DNA from: Octopus vulgaris
Taxonomy: Eukaryota
Assembly (NCBI GenBank): GCA_951406725.2
Contig: OX597821.1
Coordinates: 80,538,001-80,602,000 of the forward strand
DNA length: 64,000 bases
Direction of reading: 5' to 3'
Below are positions 1 to 13,262 of this stretch, in pieces. The position numbers were made by a program, and so were the translations under genes. Every line of letters starts with the position of its first letter. Positions within the stretch are counted from its first letter, which is position 1. The notes under the pieces were generated by a model, which was given only the letters and a program-made list of their open reading frames with translations, searched no databases and was not told the DNA's origin.

Positions 1-55
1 TCGGGCCTTGTGCTTTTAGTAGAAAGGATTATTATTATTATTATTATTATTATTA

Positions 56-455
56 AGGCGGCGAGCTGGCAGGACGAAATGCTTTGCGAGATTTCGCCTG
101 TCGCTACTTTCTGGGTTCAAATTCCGCCGAGGTCGACTTTGCCTTTCATCCTTTCGGGATGGATAAATTAAGTACCATTTGCGTACTGGCCCTCTCCCAA
201 ATTTCAAGCCTTGTCCCTTCAGTAGAAAGGATTATTATTACCGATACGGCGAGCTGGCAGAGTCGTTAGCACGCCGGGTAAAATGCTTTGCGTTGTTTTG
301 TTCGTCTTCATGTTCAGATTCAAATTCCGCCGAGGTCGACTTTGTCTTTCATTTTTTTTTGTGTCGATGAAATAAGTACCAGTTGAACACTGGGTTCGAT
401 GTAATCGACTTACTCCATTCCCGCAAATTTCAGGCCATGTGCCCATAGCAGAAAG
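56..455 (+). mobile_element. Two consecutive copies of SINE family B (tRNA-derived head, Meta-domain-like core, (TTA)n tail); the tail of a third copy is at 1-28
   Basis: Head GGCGGCGAGCTGGCAG, B-box GGTTCAAATTCC, core GCCGAGGTCGACTTTGCCTTTCATCCTTTCGGG..GATAAATTAAGTACC, end AGTAGAAAGG followed by (ATT)n. The same sequence recurs many times in the window. Confidence 0.85.
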
Positions 456-456
456 A

Positions 457-551
<95 letters not shown>

Positions 552-572
552 CATCATTATTATTATTATTAT

Positions 573-992
573 TAGTCAGTAGTCTTATTTTTATCACGTG
601 CTTTCACTGCACTACTGAGCGCAGCTCTATGTGCCTTGGGTATGTGCTGTGGTTTGTTGTGATGCTCTTATTTATACTGTATTAAAAGTGTTTCATGTAG
701 GATGCCTGCGGTGCCTAGTAGTGCTATTTTCTGTTTGTTATATATACTTGTTAGTCCTGGTGCTTTTGTTATGTATTTGAGTGTTTTTCTTATCATACCT
801 AACACGCCTACTATTATAGGAATTGTTTCTGTTTTTAGACTGCACCTTCGAGTTACCTCTATTTCCAGGTCTTTGTATCTTGAAAGTTCTCCGTTTCTTT
901 TAGAGAAACATTACAATCTGCTGGTAATGACAGATCGATTAGAAAACATTTTTTCTTGTTGATCTCTGACAACTATATCTGGCCTATTGGCC

Positions 993-993
<1 letters not shown>
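573..993 (-). mobile_element. 5'-truncated R4/Dong-clade non-LTR retrotransposon, copy 1 (RLE endonuclease C-terminus and 3' UTR)
   Basis: Minus strand reads NRPDIVVRDQ...FLID...QKIALLGTAGIL, the PD-(D/E)xK restriction-like endonuclease end typical of R4/Dong. Both ends abut (TAA)n. Confidence 0.8.
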
Positions 994-1058
<65 letters not shown>

Positions 1059-1059
<1 letters not shown>

Positions 1060-2377
1060 GTCATTTACTTTTAATCTGCATTTTGATGCAATATGCCGGG
1101 GCACACCAGCGCCCTAGGCAAGTGAAGGTTAAGAGTTGTTGAAATATGCTGAAAGCTTGGGGGGAAGTAGAGAAATATCTCCATGTAATACAAACACAAA
1201 CATTTACATTGATAGGGTTTTCAAGGATGTAGTACTTGTTAGCACAATCTTTTGGATTTCTTGAGACATGGTTTTCCAGGGATATTGTCTAGGTGTTTCG
1301 ACATCCCTTTTTTATCATACCTAGGGCACCTACAATAACAGGAACAGTTTTGTTTTAAGATTCCACATCCTCTGTATTTCGATTTCCAGGTCCTTATATT
1401 TACTAAGTTTGTCAAATTCCTTGACAGATACATTTTTATCAGTGGGGACGCTTACTTCTATTAGTCTGCAGGTATTTCTTCCTGTCTTTAACAATTATGT
1501 CTGGTCGATTAGCCTTGATCGTTCTGTCAGTGTTGACTGGAAAATCCCAGAGGATGGTGACATCTTTACCTTCAACAACTGGCTGAGGATGTGTTCATAC
1601 CAGTTAGCAGGAGTGTCGGATTTGTAGTGTTTACATATCTTCCAATGTATATCTGTCCTACCCTATCGTGGCGATTTTTGTATTCGTTTGGTGTCAGCAC
1701 AGGACATCCCGAAACGAGATGGTCTATTGTTTCGTCAAATGTGTCACAGAATCTGCATTTAGGGTCAGTACCGTTTCGGAGAACGTTAGCCTGGTAATTT
1801 CTGGTAACAAGCTTTGATCTGTGCCATTATGAAGCCTTCAGTCTCTGCTTTCAATCCAGAACTCTTCAGCCACTGATGGTTGTTCTTGTACATCAGCATT
1901 TTGGCTCGAGAATGTATTGTCCATGCAGGGCTTCTGGCTCCACCGCCTTCAATTTGATTCTGCCCATTCTTTTTTGCAGTCTGCCTGATTCGCTTTGCTT
2001 GCTTGGTAGCAGTGGTTTCTGGCTCTTCACCTGATTCAGGTTAATGCCTAGTTCCCTTTCGAACTTATAAGCTTCCTTGACAATAGAATGATTTGCTGCT
2101 TTCGTGTTCACACACAAGTCGCAGCATCCAGTCGTTTGTACTAGATAGGTACCTGTTCATTCCTACGTAGAGGTCTTTAGCACAGCTCCAATGCATCATT
2201 CCTCTCCCCCGCTGCTTCTAGGTAGGTACAAGCGGTCTACATCTGCCTTAGGGTGGTGCATGCTCCTGGATGTCAGTAACTTTCTTGTCTTCCTGTCCAA
2301 GCGTTGGAGTTCCGTAGGTTCCAGTTAATGATGTTAAAACTGTACTGGACTACTGAGTGCTGGACTACTGGAGTGCC

Positions 2378-2379
<2 letters not shown>
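1059..2379 (-). mobile_element. 5'-truncated, frameshifted R4/Dong-clade LINE, copy 2 (post-RT region, CCHC knuckle, RLE)
   Basis: Minus strand reads YSFNIINWN..ELQRLDRKTRKLLT..MHHPKADVDRLYLPRSSGGRG, CRFCDTFDETIDHLVSGC, ILWDFPVNTDRTIKANRPDII and KHLDNIPGKP. Flanked by (TAA)n. Confidence 0.9.
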
Positions 2380-2416
<37 letters not shown>

Positions 2417-2436
2417 ATTATTATTATTATTATTAT

Positions 2437-3060
2437 GTTTTTTCCTTCTTTCTTCAAATTTTCTTCCGTTTCTCGCCGGGTGTTTTCCATACACCTAGGG
2501 CAGAGAAGCTCATTGTATGCATTCCCAGATTACACTCGACAATTCACAGATAAAATATGTATTTAAAAATTAATAAATAAATAAATTCATGGATGGATGT
2601 TATTTCACAACGATAGTGCTCTTCTCAGTACATGAGCCGTTCCAGTTAATACGATTTTTTGCACTTCCTGTAGGGATGGTAAGCCTGGAATCATTTTCAA
2701 ATAGGTTTCAGTGCCTTTTTTTATCATTCCTAGAGATCCTACAATCACTGGTACTGTAGTCGCCTTGAGATGCCACATTTTTTTCAATTTCCATTAGCAG
2801 GTCTTTATATTTACTAATCTTGTCAAATTCTTTCACCGCTATATATTGTGATCGCAAGGGATACTCATGTCAATTAATAAACACATCTTTTTTGTCTGAT
2901 CTTTTATAATAAAATCCGGTTTATTAGCTTTTATAGTCCTGTCGGTCTGCACGGGGAAGTCCCATAGAATCGACACATTTTACCCCTCAGTCACAGCTTC
3001 AGGATGGTGTTTATACCATTTGCCAGCGGTTTTGATTTTATAATACCGACATATTGTCCA
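2437..3060 (-). mobile_element. 5'-truncated R4/Dong-clade LINE, copy 3
   Basis: Minus strand reads ILWDFPVQTDRTIKANKPD, and ORF 2605-2787 reads KMWHLKATTVPVIVGSLGMIKKG..IPGLPSLQEVQKIVLTGTAHVLRRAL. Flanked by (TAA)n. Confidence 0.9.
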
Positions 3061-3443
3061 ATTATTATTATTATTATTATTGTTGTTGTTGTTGTTGTTT
3101 TGTTGTTGTTGTTGTTGTTGTTAAATAGAAATCATCATCATCATTATCATCATCCTCACCATCGTCGTCGTCGTCATCATCATCATTATTGACAATTAGT
3201 CTGCAGTCGTTTGCTACAATAGCGTCGAGGGGTGAGGATTCACGGGCAAGAAATAAAAATTGGTCTAACATATGCGTTCATGTAAGTGTGTGCGTGTGTG
3301 TACGTAGCGTTGATTTCGTTCAATTTCATTTACTGAAGATAAGACAGTTTATTGTATGCCAACCTGTGCATTTTTAGAGACAGGTACTACGACTGAATAA
3401 CAAAATTAAGTAAACAGATATCACTAACATACAAACATATACA

Positions 3444-3835
3444 GCCGTGGCTGTGTGGTAAGAAGCTTGCTTACCAACTACATGGTTCTGGGTACAGTCC
3501 CACAGCGTGGCACCTTGGGTGTCTTCTACTATATCCCCAGGCTGACCAAATCCTCGTCAGTGGGTTTGGTAGATGGAAACTGAAAGTATGTAAATATGTA
3601 TGTGTATGTATATATCTATGCATGTGTGACTTTGTGTCTGTGTTTGTTCACCCATCACCGCTTGACAATAGGTTCTGGTGTGTTTTCGTCGTTGTAACTT
3701 AGCAGTTCGTCAAAAAGGGAGTAGTCAAAAAGTAGTTCGGCAAAACGTACTATGCTTTAAAAATATCTCCTGGGGTCGATTTGTTCGACTAAAATAGCCC
3801 CAAGGTGATGCTCCGGTATGGCCGTTGTATATATG

Positions 3836-3919
<84 letters not shown>

Positions 3920-4130
3920 TGTGTATGTTTGTGTGTCTGTGTTTGTCCCCCCAACATCGCTTGACAACCGATGTTGGTGTGTTTACGTCCTCGTCACTTA
4001 GCGTTTCGGCAAGGTAGACTGATAGAATAAGTACCAGGCTTACAAAAAATAAGTCCTGGGGGCGATTTGCTCGACTAAAGACGGTGCTTCAGCATGGCCG
4101 CAGTCAAATGATTGAAAAAAATAAAAGAAT
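3444..4130 (+). mobile_element. SINE family A (tRNA head, core, internal microsatellite, 3' module) with a duplicated 3' module
   Basis: GTGGCTGTGTGGTAAG (A box), GGTACAGTCCC (B-box-like), CACCTTGGG, TTTGGTAGATGGAAACTG, then two copies of the CGCTTGACAAC...CTGGGG(T/G)CGATTTG module separated by (TA)(TG)n. Confidence 0.8.
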
Positions 4131-4335
4131 AATACATACATACATGCACTGAGACATGCACAATAAAAAAAGTAAAAAAAACATGATAGAAAAAACAAAG
4201 GATCCCGCATTAGCTTAAAACTTGAGAAATAAAAATGAAAATAAAGGGTTTTAACGTTTCGAAAGTTAGTTTTTCTTCAAAGACAAATAAATAGGTAAGG
4301 TATGGAGAGAGGACGTAGAGTAAGAGAGAGTATTT

Positions 4336-4740
4336 CGCCGGGCGAAATGTGGCGAGTTAGCACGCCGGGCGAAATGCGTAGCCGTATTTCGGCTGCCGTT
4401 ACGTTCTGAGTTCAAATTCTGCCGAGGTCGATTTTGCCTTTCATCCTTTCGAGGTCGATAAATTAAGTACTAGTTACGCACTGGGGTCGATGCAATCGAC
4501 TTAATCCGTGTGTCTGTCCTTGTTTGTCCTCTCTGTCTTTAGTCCCTTGTGGGTCGTAAAGAAATAGGTATTTCGTCTACCGTTACGTTCTGAGTTCAAA
4601 TTCTGCCGAGGTCGACTTTGCCTTTCATCCTTTCGAGGTCGATAAATAAAGTACCAGTTACGCACTGGGGTCGATGTAATCGACTTAATCCCTTTGTTTA
4701 TCCCCTCTATGTTTAGCTCCTTGTGGGCAATAAAGAAATA
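4336..4740 (+). mobile_element. SINE family B with its ~180-bp core/tail unit repeated twice
   Basis: Two tandem TATTTCG...GAGTTCAAATTCTGCCGAGGTCGA...AAAGAAATA units. Confidence 0.85.
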
Positions 4741-6229
4741 AGAGTGAGTATTGCGAAAGAAAAGTTTTCATTGAAATTCACAGAATTGAAAATCTTAAAA
4801 CGGTAATTGAAAATTATTTCAAGTAAAGAACTCGGGATGATGGAGAAGAGCTAAAATTCATGCAGAATTGCCATTCTAAGGCTGGGGAGTGAAGGAGGCA
4901 AGTGGAAGGTGTATAAATGTGTATGCATGAAATGTTGTTTGCCTTGAAGCGGGTATAAAAAGGTGTTGGTGTGTATGTTGCTGGGTGTGTGTATATGTGT
5001 AGCTGAGTGCGTGTGATTTTTACTGGGCGGGTGTAGGATGATGTTGGATGTGTTTAATTATTAAGTTGGCAGAGTGAACTTGCACGCGCACTTAAGTGTG
5101 CGCGCGAGTATGACAAAAGGTATCGAGAAAGTGATGTGGATGTGGAAGTTGAACAGCGTTATTTGTGTGTGTGAGCACCTTAATGTAAAAGAAAAGAGTG
5201 TTGGTGACCGTCAGACAGTGAAACACAAATGCGAAGAATTAAAAGTGTTCGAGGCGCTTAACATACAAGATGAGATTAACAGTAAACATTTCTTTTAAAT
5301 TTCGTTTTTGAATTTGGTTTGCAAGATTCTTTATGTGAGTTCGTGTGTTGAAGCATATTCTGTTGTGTTAGGGGAAAGTCATTTTTTTTGTGCGTTATAA
5401 TGTAACACACCGGTAAAATTTCCACTTATTTCTTATTTTTATTTTCCTAAAATTTTCGTTGCGTCTTGCAACCTTTTCAATAGTCTTGACTCTGTCCGTT
5501 ATTTACGCTGCGTTCCCTTTTGTTTGTTTGTGCGCATGTGTATGGGTCAGTGTGTGTGTGTGTGTGTGCCTATGCATGTACGTATGTATGTGTATGTATG
5601 CATGTGTATGTATGTATATATGTGTGTGTATGCATCTGTATATATGTATGTATGTGTGCATCTGTATGTATACTGCATATTCATGTGCTTGCGTGTCCGT
5701 GTTTGTGTATTTTCTATGCATGTGTGTGTGTGTGTGTGAGCATGTGTTTGTATATGTATGCACCTCGGTCTCTCTGTGTGTGCATGTCTGTGTGTGTATG
5801 TGTGTTATGCAACTATATACCATGTATGGATGTGCATCTCTATATGTGTGTATCCGTGTCTCCATATGTGTTCTTGTGTGGAGTAAAGTGTGTGTGTATA
5901 TATGGTCGTGTGTTTCAGTCTTCATTTGCGTATGTGTGCTTCTTTTAAATGTCTGAGACAGTCAAAATCCGAAATGCAACGTCAAGAGAGCGATGGAGCA
6001 GAAGTGAATGCAAAAATAAAAAAATATAAGAAAGTAAGCACTTACATTCTATTAATGAACATCATATATATACAGCCGACAAAAGGCTGGATTACTACTT
6101 TTTATTGACAGAGTGAAAAACTCAAAATTCAAAATCATAAACTCTTCTAGCCTGTATATGTGTTCGTATGCAGTATGTGTGCATTGTGCTTAATGATATC
6201 GCCCTCCCACTGTTTTCATTTTTAGCATA

Positions 6230-7090
6230 TAGTTAAATAAGTTAAACTGCGTGATTTTTAAGAGGACAAACTGAAAGAGTGCGGATGGATTGAGTTTCAT
6301 TCATTAAAACTGCTGAATAGTTTGATGTTTCAAGAGATACAGAGTCTGCTAAAATCATGGTTGTATTTCAAAACCATTGATAAAACCAGCTCTGGCAAGT
6401 TTCTGGACGGAAGGCAAAGCAACGTAGATAGTTGAATAGTGAAAAGTAGTGTGTCTAAAACTCATCGAATTTCAGTCGCTAAAGTGAGAGAAGAGTTAGT
6501 CCCCCAATTTGCAAACATCGTGAAACTGTTGGCTTTGACCTCCATGATGTTGGATATTACTGTGGGAGTCCGACTGCTAAACCTCTCCTGTGTCAGATAG
6601 ACATTGATAAGCGAGGGAAATGTTATTTAGCAGAATGGGTCAATGGGTCAATGCTGGTGAATTATCATTTGCCATTTTCCCTAGCTGAGGACGAGTTTAT
6701 GTCTGGAGACAACCAAAGAAACCGTCAGCCTGCTTTGGCATATGCTGTAAAGCATGGAGGTGGCTTTGTGATGATTTGAGGAACCATATCATGGAATTCT
6801 TGGTTTTTTAGCTGTTGTACATCGAAGAGTTAACACCAAGAATTGAGTATTTTGGCTACAAACATTGTTCCCTGATTGTAGCCCAGCCATCTAGGATGAT
6901 AATACACCAATTCCTGCGACCAGTGCCATTCAAAATTGGTGCAAAGAGCACAAAGGTGAAGTAGACCACATGGACTGATCACTCCAATCACCAGATCTCA
7001 ATATAATCGAATATTTATGGTGCATTCTAGTGCAGCAAGTCAGGAGCTGTTTCCCTCTCTCATCCTGTCTGAATGAGTTAAAACAGACCC
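6230..7090 (+). mobile_element. Degenerate Tc1-family (DD34E) transposase relic
   Basis: VKHGGGFVMI*G (~6746), DDNTPI (~6893) and QSPDLNIIEYLW (~6985) are Tc1 catalytic-domain motifs, interrupted by stops. Boundaries are approximate. Confidence 0.8.
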
Positions 7091-7260
7091 CACCCCCTGA
7101 TAACCGTTCAGAATGTCTAAGTATGAATTCCTTGTATTTTCTGCACAATCACCTGTACATTTTCCAATGTCTCTTTTCTTTTAAAGATGGCCGGGCGTTT
7201 TTTAAAGGAAATTTACCAGCTACTTCTAACAAGGCAAGCTACCGATTGCCTGCGTATGTC

Positions 7261-7292
<32 letters not shown>

Positions 7293-7295
7293 CAT

Positions 7296-7348
<53 letters not shown>

Positions 7349-8043
7349 TGTGTGTGTGTGAGTGAGAAACCCTAATCTCAGAGATCTTAAGAAAACAGTA
7401 AATTCTTTATGAAACAGATCCGAGATCCAGTTAATCATTTCTCATTTGGATAGCATTTCACTGGCGTTGTTAATTCCATCAGAACACTGCGACGGGTGGG
7501 AGCGGCTAGTGTTGATGGTGGATGTTTAAGGAAGAGTGAGATACGCAGATAAACCTGGCGGAGGAGGGTGGGGAATAAACAAACCATAAAATAAACGGTT
7601 AATAAAATATCTGGGAAAAAATGTAAGCTAATCAAGTAAGAATTTCTTCGGAATCAGCGAAGTGAGAGACTAGGTATTTTGTCCTACAGTTTCACTTTCT
7701 CTTAAAGTTGCCCCATTAGATCTACTCGAGCAGAACCATTAGCAAAGAAAAGATAACCGATATTACTTTGGGGACCAATGATAGAGGACCAATGGTATTA
7801 AAATTGGTAATAGCTAAACAGAATAAATAAAGATTGGTATTAATTAAACTGAATAAATAAGCCAAAATATAGTTTTTCAGGGTAACAAAATGTTGTTATA
7901 CTATACCTCCGTTGTAAATTGGATTCTAGGAGCGATTGATCGATAGATAGAAAGAAGGACAGATAGATAAGAAATAGGTGGACAAATAGATACGTTCATA
8001 TGGTTCTACCCACACGTACGCAAAGACAAGCACCAAACATATT

Positions 8044-8092
<49 letters not shown>

Positions 8093-8174
8093 GTGTGTGT
8101 ATGTTTGGATATATGGATGTATGGATGTGTGTTTGTATGTAAACACATTTAAATATACTAAGACATATATAAGA

Positions 8175-8568
8175 CAGGAGTGGCTGTGTGGTAAGTAGCT
8201 TGCTAACCAACCACATGGTTCCGGGTTCAGTCCCACTGCGTGGCATCTTGGGCAAGTGTCTTCTGCTATAGCCCCGGGCCGACCAATGCCTTGTGAGTGG
8301 ATTTGGTAGACGGAAACTGAAAGAAGCCTGTCGTGTATATATATATATATGTATGTGTGTTTGTGTGTCTGTTTGTCCCTCTAGCATTGCTTGACAACCG
8401 ATGCTGGTGTGTTTACGTCCCCGTCACTTAGCGGTTCGGCAAAAGAGACCGATAGAATAAGTACTGGGCTTACAAAGAATAAGTGCTGGGGTCGATTTGC
8501 TCGACTAAAGGCGGTGCTCCAGCATGGCCGCAGTCAAATGACTGAAACAAGTAAAAGAGTAAAAAGAG
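8175..8568 (+). mobile_element. SINE family A, full length
   Basis: CAGGAGTGGCTGTGTGGTAAG...GGTTCAGTCCC...GGATTTGGTAGACGGAAACTG...GACTGAAACAAGTAAAAGAG. Confidence 0.9.
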
Positions 8569-8740
8569 TATACCATAAGAATTTTATAAACTTTAGAGAG
8601 GGCATGAAATAACTGTTTTCTGGAATATCTCGAAGCACACACATAAAGCTATAAATAATAGGACATGCAGTTCGAGTCCCATGGCCAGGTTTCCAATTTT
8701 TCTCCCCGAAAGTATTTCTCAACTTAGTATCTAAATATTA

Positions 8741-8775
8741 TTAGGCTGTCCGGAAAATTCGTGCCGATTTATAGA
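8741..8775. mobile_element. Solo mariner TIR of the same family as 34328-34893
   Basis: GGCTGTCCGGAAAATTCGTGCCGATTTATAG matches the TIRs of the element at 34328-34893. Confidence 0.6.
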
Positions 8776-8869
8776 AGCATCTGAAATTTTGAACTATATA
8801 AATATATATATGCGCGCGCATGCGCGTGTGTTTTCTGCGATGATCTGACAAGTGGTGTCGATATTAAAT

Positions 8870-9381
8870 AATAATGATAATACTTTATAGGCGTAATGCT
8901 TATAAGTGATCACCGTGCATTGACTAAGGAAAATAGTCTAATACTGGGGCATATACGCCCTCAATGGGAAAAAAGTAGGGTAACCCACTTATCCAAGTGT
9001 GCTACCCTTACACCAACCTCGCTTCTTCCCATCAGATTTAAGTACTATAATTTCACAGTGTTGTTTTTATAAACAAACTTACATGTGCGTTTTCTGCGAA
9101 GATTTGCTTCGCGGTGTCGATTTTACAATTCTGTAAATAATAACGGTAATAATTTATAAGCTTTATGGTTATAAGCGATCACCGACAAAAAAAAAGAAAG
9201 AAAAAACGTGGGGTACGTTAGTGTAGGGGTTGCAAAAACATCGAGATGAGGGTTCAAGCCCCAGGCATACGGAAAACCCGACTTTATTCCGTTGAGGGTT
9301 TATATGCTCCAATATTAGACTACTTTCCTTAGTTAATGGACAATTATCGCTTATAAGCTTTAAGCTTATAAAATATTATTG
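8870..9381. mobile_element. MITE-like element with ~110-bp imperfect TIRs and a decayed internal tRNA-like module (family of 25030-25367)
   Basis: Left arm CTTATAAGTGATCACCGTGCATTGACTAAGGAAAATAGTCTAATACTGGGGCATATACGCCCTCAATGGG is the reverse complement of right arm CCGTTGAGGGTTTATATGCTCCAATATTAGACTACTTTCCTTAGTTAATGGACAATTATCGCTTATAAG. B-box-like GGGTTCAAGCCCC at ~9250. Confidence 0.7.
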
Positions 9382-9420
<39 letters not shown>

Positions 9421-9451
9421 CGACAGGCCTCTTTCAGTTTCCGTCTACCAA

Positions 9452-9627
9452 ATCCACTCACCCAAGGTGCCACGCAGTGGGACTGAACCCGGAACCATGT
9501 GGTTGCTAAGCAAGCTACTTACCACACTCCTGCGCTATATATAGCGCAGGAGTGTGGTAAGTAGCTTGCTTAGCAACCACATGGTTCCGGGTTCAGTCCC
9601 ACTGCGTGGCACCTTGGGTGAGTGGAT
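9452..9627. repeat. Perfect 176-bp palindrome made of two head-to-head, internally deleted SINE A heads
   Basis: 88-bp arms are exact reverse complements around GCGC-TATATATA-GCGC (centre 9539/9540). Confidence 0.9.
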
Positions 9628-9664
9628 ATATATATATATTTCTATATACAACCATAAGACATTT

Positions 9665-9950
9665 ATTGGATGGCCGTTGACTCTCAAGAATTCTTCCGCC
9701 CTTTGACGGGTTTTGTTTTTCATCTCGCAGGGTGTCCAATAAACACCCTCCTCCCAAAGCAAGCTTGGTGGGGTTGCCGGTTTAGTCGCCGACGACCCGA
9801 CCATGCAACAGGTTGTACTGGGTTAGTTGCGAATTGTGTACAAGACATTGTAGATCTTTAGCTGGGCTAAAAAGTCACATTCGATCACAGCACCAGTAAC
9901 AGTTAAGCTTCGTGCAATGGCCATACTCGATAACGAAGGAGCAGCCATAA
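9665..9950 (-). mobile_element. Dispersed repeat, probably the 5' region of an RTE-type element (related pieces at ~16150-16280 and ~45680-45830)
   Basis: TGGCCGTTGACT...CGCCCTTTGACGG...GGGTTGCC(G/A)GTTTAGTCGCCGACGACCCGACCA is shared with 45685-45810. The RTE assignment is from recall. Confidence 0.5.
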
Positions 9951-9958
9951 TATGTATG

Positions 9959-10008
<50 letters not shown>

Positions 10009-10249
10009 GATAAAAAGAGACAAGAAAAGTACACAGAAAAAATGTAGTTTCGCAGTTTCATTAACACTTGCAACCACATTGTTGGCTTCAGTGTGCCAGG
10101 AGCTATAAAGAAATGCCTTCTCGAGAAAAAAGGTTTAGCGAAAAGGAGGCACCAAGACAGTGGACCTCATGGTATTAATGGACAAGGCGATGCGTACGAG
10201 TATAAAGCTTTAAGTATGAAGGCAAACAATGTATGAAATTATAAAAGTC

Positions 10250-10830
10250 CCGCCGAGGTCGACTTTGCCTTTCATCCTCTCGGAATTGATAAATAAAGTA
10301 CCAGTTCAGTACTGGGGTCGATTACATCGACTAGTCCCCTCCCCCATAATTGCAGGCCTTGTGCCTGTTGTAGAAAAGATTATTAAAGTCCCGTGTTTCA
10401 AAAGCAGAACAAGAAATATTGAAAGTAAAAATGGAACAAAACATAACTAAGAAACTAGTAGCGTGAGTAGAGCGAAAACGAAATGAAATGACGTAGTTGA
10501 AGTTCTGATGCTTGTGTCCATGCACACGTTCACACACATACACACACACATCGTAGATGAGAATAGGATGGATTACCCATACATTACTAAACGCGTTTCA
10601 ATACTGTGGCTATCTATTGCTAATGCAAAATACAACAGGACCTTACTTAATATTATGTTGAAGGGGTATTTCGTCTGTTTTTACGTCATGAGTTCAAATT
10701 CCGCCGAGGTCGACATTGCTTTTCATCCTTTCAGGGTCGACAAATTAAGTACCAGCTGCGTACTGGTTTGATCTAATTGACTGGCCCCACCTCCCCCAAA
10801 ATTTCGGGCCTGGTGCCTAGAGTAGAAAAG
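10250..10830 (+). mobile_element. Two partial SINE B copies (10250-10385 and 10665-10830)
   Basis: CCGCCGAGGTCGAC..GC(C)TTTCATCCT core and GTAGAAAAGA end. Confidence 0.75.
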
Positions 10831-10977
10831 AATATTACGTTGAAATATCAGGATTACATTCTTTCGTAGTAATTCGTCAGTCAAATGTGGTATAGAACGC
10901 TGATTACGATGCACTTTTATGTATTGTAGCGTTTAAATGAAGCTAAGCCACATCTGTCTATCATAGCTAGCTAACTA

Positions 10978-11860
<883 letters not shown>

Positions 11861-12337
11861 AGAAAAGGGAAAGAAAGAAGAAAAACTAAGAGGAAAAGGG
11901 AGAATGAAGTGAAAGAAAAGATAAGGGTGTAAGAAGAACAAGATGTCTGATTTAGCAAAGCAAGAGGATATTTCTTGTGAATTTTTTGTTCAAATTCTCT
12001 AAAACGACTTTATAATATTAAGGAGCAAATATTTCAGCGGGTGGGGGAAGGGAGGGAGGGAGGAAGGGGTGGAGAGTTGGAGGAAGGGATGGAGGGGGAA
12101 TGGAGGAGGGGAGTCTTTTGGAGGTGATTCTTTGGAGGCCAAGAAATAACAGGCTCTCTTGTATTTGTTTATACAACACAGAACGATGGCGTGTATGTAT
12201 GAGAATATATATATATTTAGTTTTATACATACATACATACATACATACATACATACATACATACATACATACATACATACATACATACATACATACATAC
12301 GTACATACATACATACATTCATATATATACACATATA

Positions 12338-12979
12338 TATATATATAAAACTGAGAATGTGTGTCTGTCTGTGTGTTTCCCTAAAACTTGAGAACTACAC
12401 AACCAATTTCATTCAAATTTTACACCTGCCTTACTTAGGGTCCATGTATTTTCATGGGCAAAAAAAATGTTCAACTTTTTGCCTAGGGTGAGCCCATAGC
12501 AATATCATATCTTCTCCACTATTTCAGTATTAGATGTTAAAAGTGAAACAAAAGCATTTCTCTATTTTATGTCAGATACTTTCACTTTAACAATAAAAAT
12601 AATAATAACAATTGAATTATATGTAGTAAGTAATAATTAAAATCAAACTAAAGTATAATATAATCGAAACATAACAAAAGTAAAAATAGCAACTGGTATA
12701 AAATTGCATCAATGATTTGAACTTGAATAAGTGGTTTCCCATGAATGGGAATAAATTAAAAATAAAATTAGCGTGCAGAAATGGAATAGTCCTACAATTC
12801 CAGTGTGTTATATATTTTCAGTATTGTTATCACTAGCAATATCAAGATATAACTTTGTATTTTGTATTTTATGCGTAGATGTATATATATATAGATGTAC
12901 TTGTAATATGTACACATATATATACACATATATACATGCACTAGCACTATGACCCGGCAAAGACGGGTCATAATGCTAG
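12338..12979 (+). mobile_element. Non-autonomous Helitron, internally shorter copy
   Basis: 5' TATATAAAACTGAGAATGTGTGTCTGTCTG; 3' hairpin TATGACCCG-GCAAAGA-CGGGTCATA followed by CTAG|T. No TSD. Homologous to 25425-26440. Confidence 0.8.
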
Positions 12980-13130
12980 TATATATATATATATACATAT
13001 ATATATACATATATATGTGTATATATACATATATGTATATATATATATATATATATGTGTGTGTATGTATGTGTAAGAATACATATATATATATATGCAT
13101 ATGTATATGTGTATACATATATATATAGAG

Positions 13131-13173
<43 letters not shown>

Positions 13174-13216
13174 GCATATATGCATGTGTATATATAATGT
13201 ATAAATGTATGTATAA

Positions 13217-13262
<46 letters not shown>

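Noticed and set aside
5452-5492. Hammerhead-like layout on the minus strand (CTATTGA..GTTGC-AAGAC-GCAAC-GAAA); weaker ones at 19825-19875, 27178-27215 and 27615-27640
   Set aside because: Core and/or stem I are too far from the hammerhead consensus to call from single copies.
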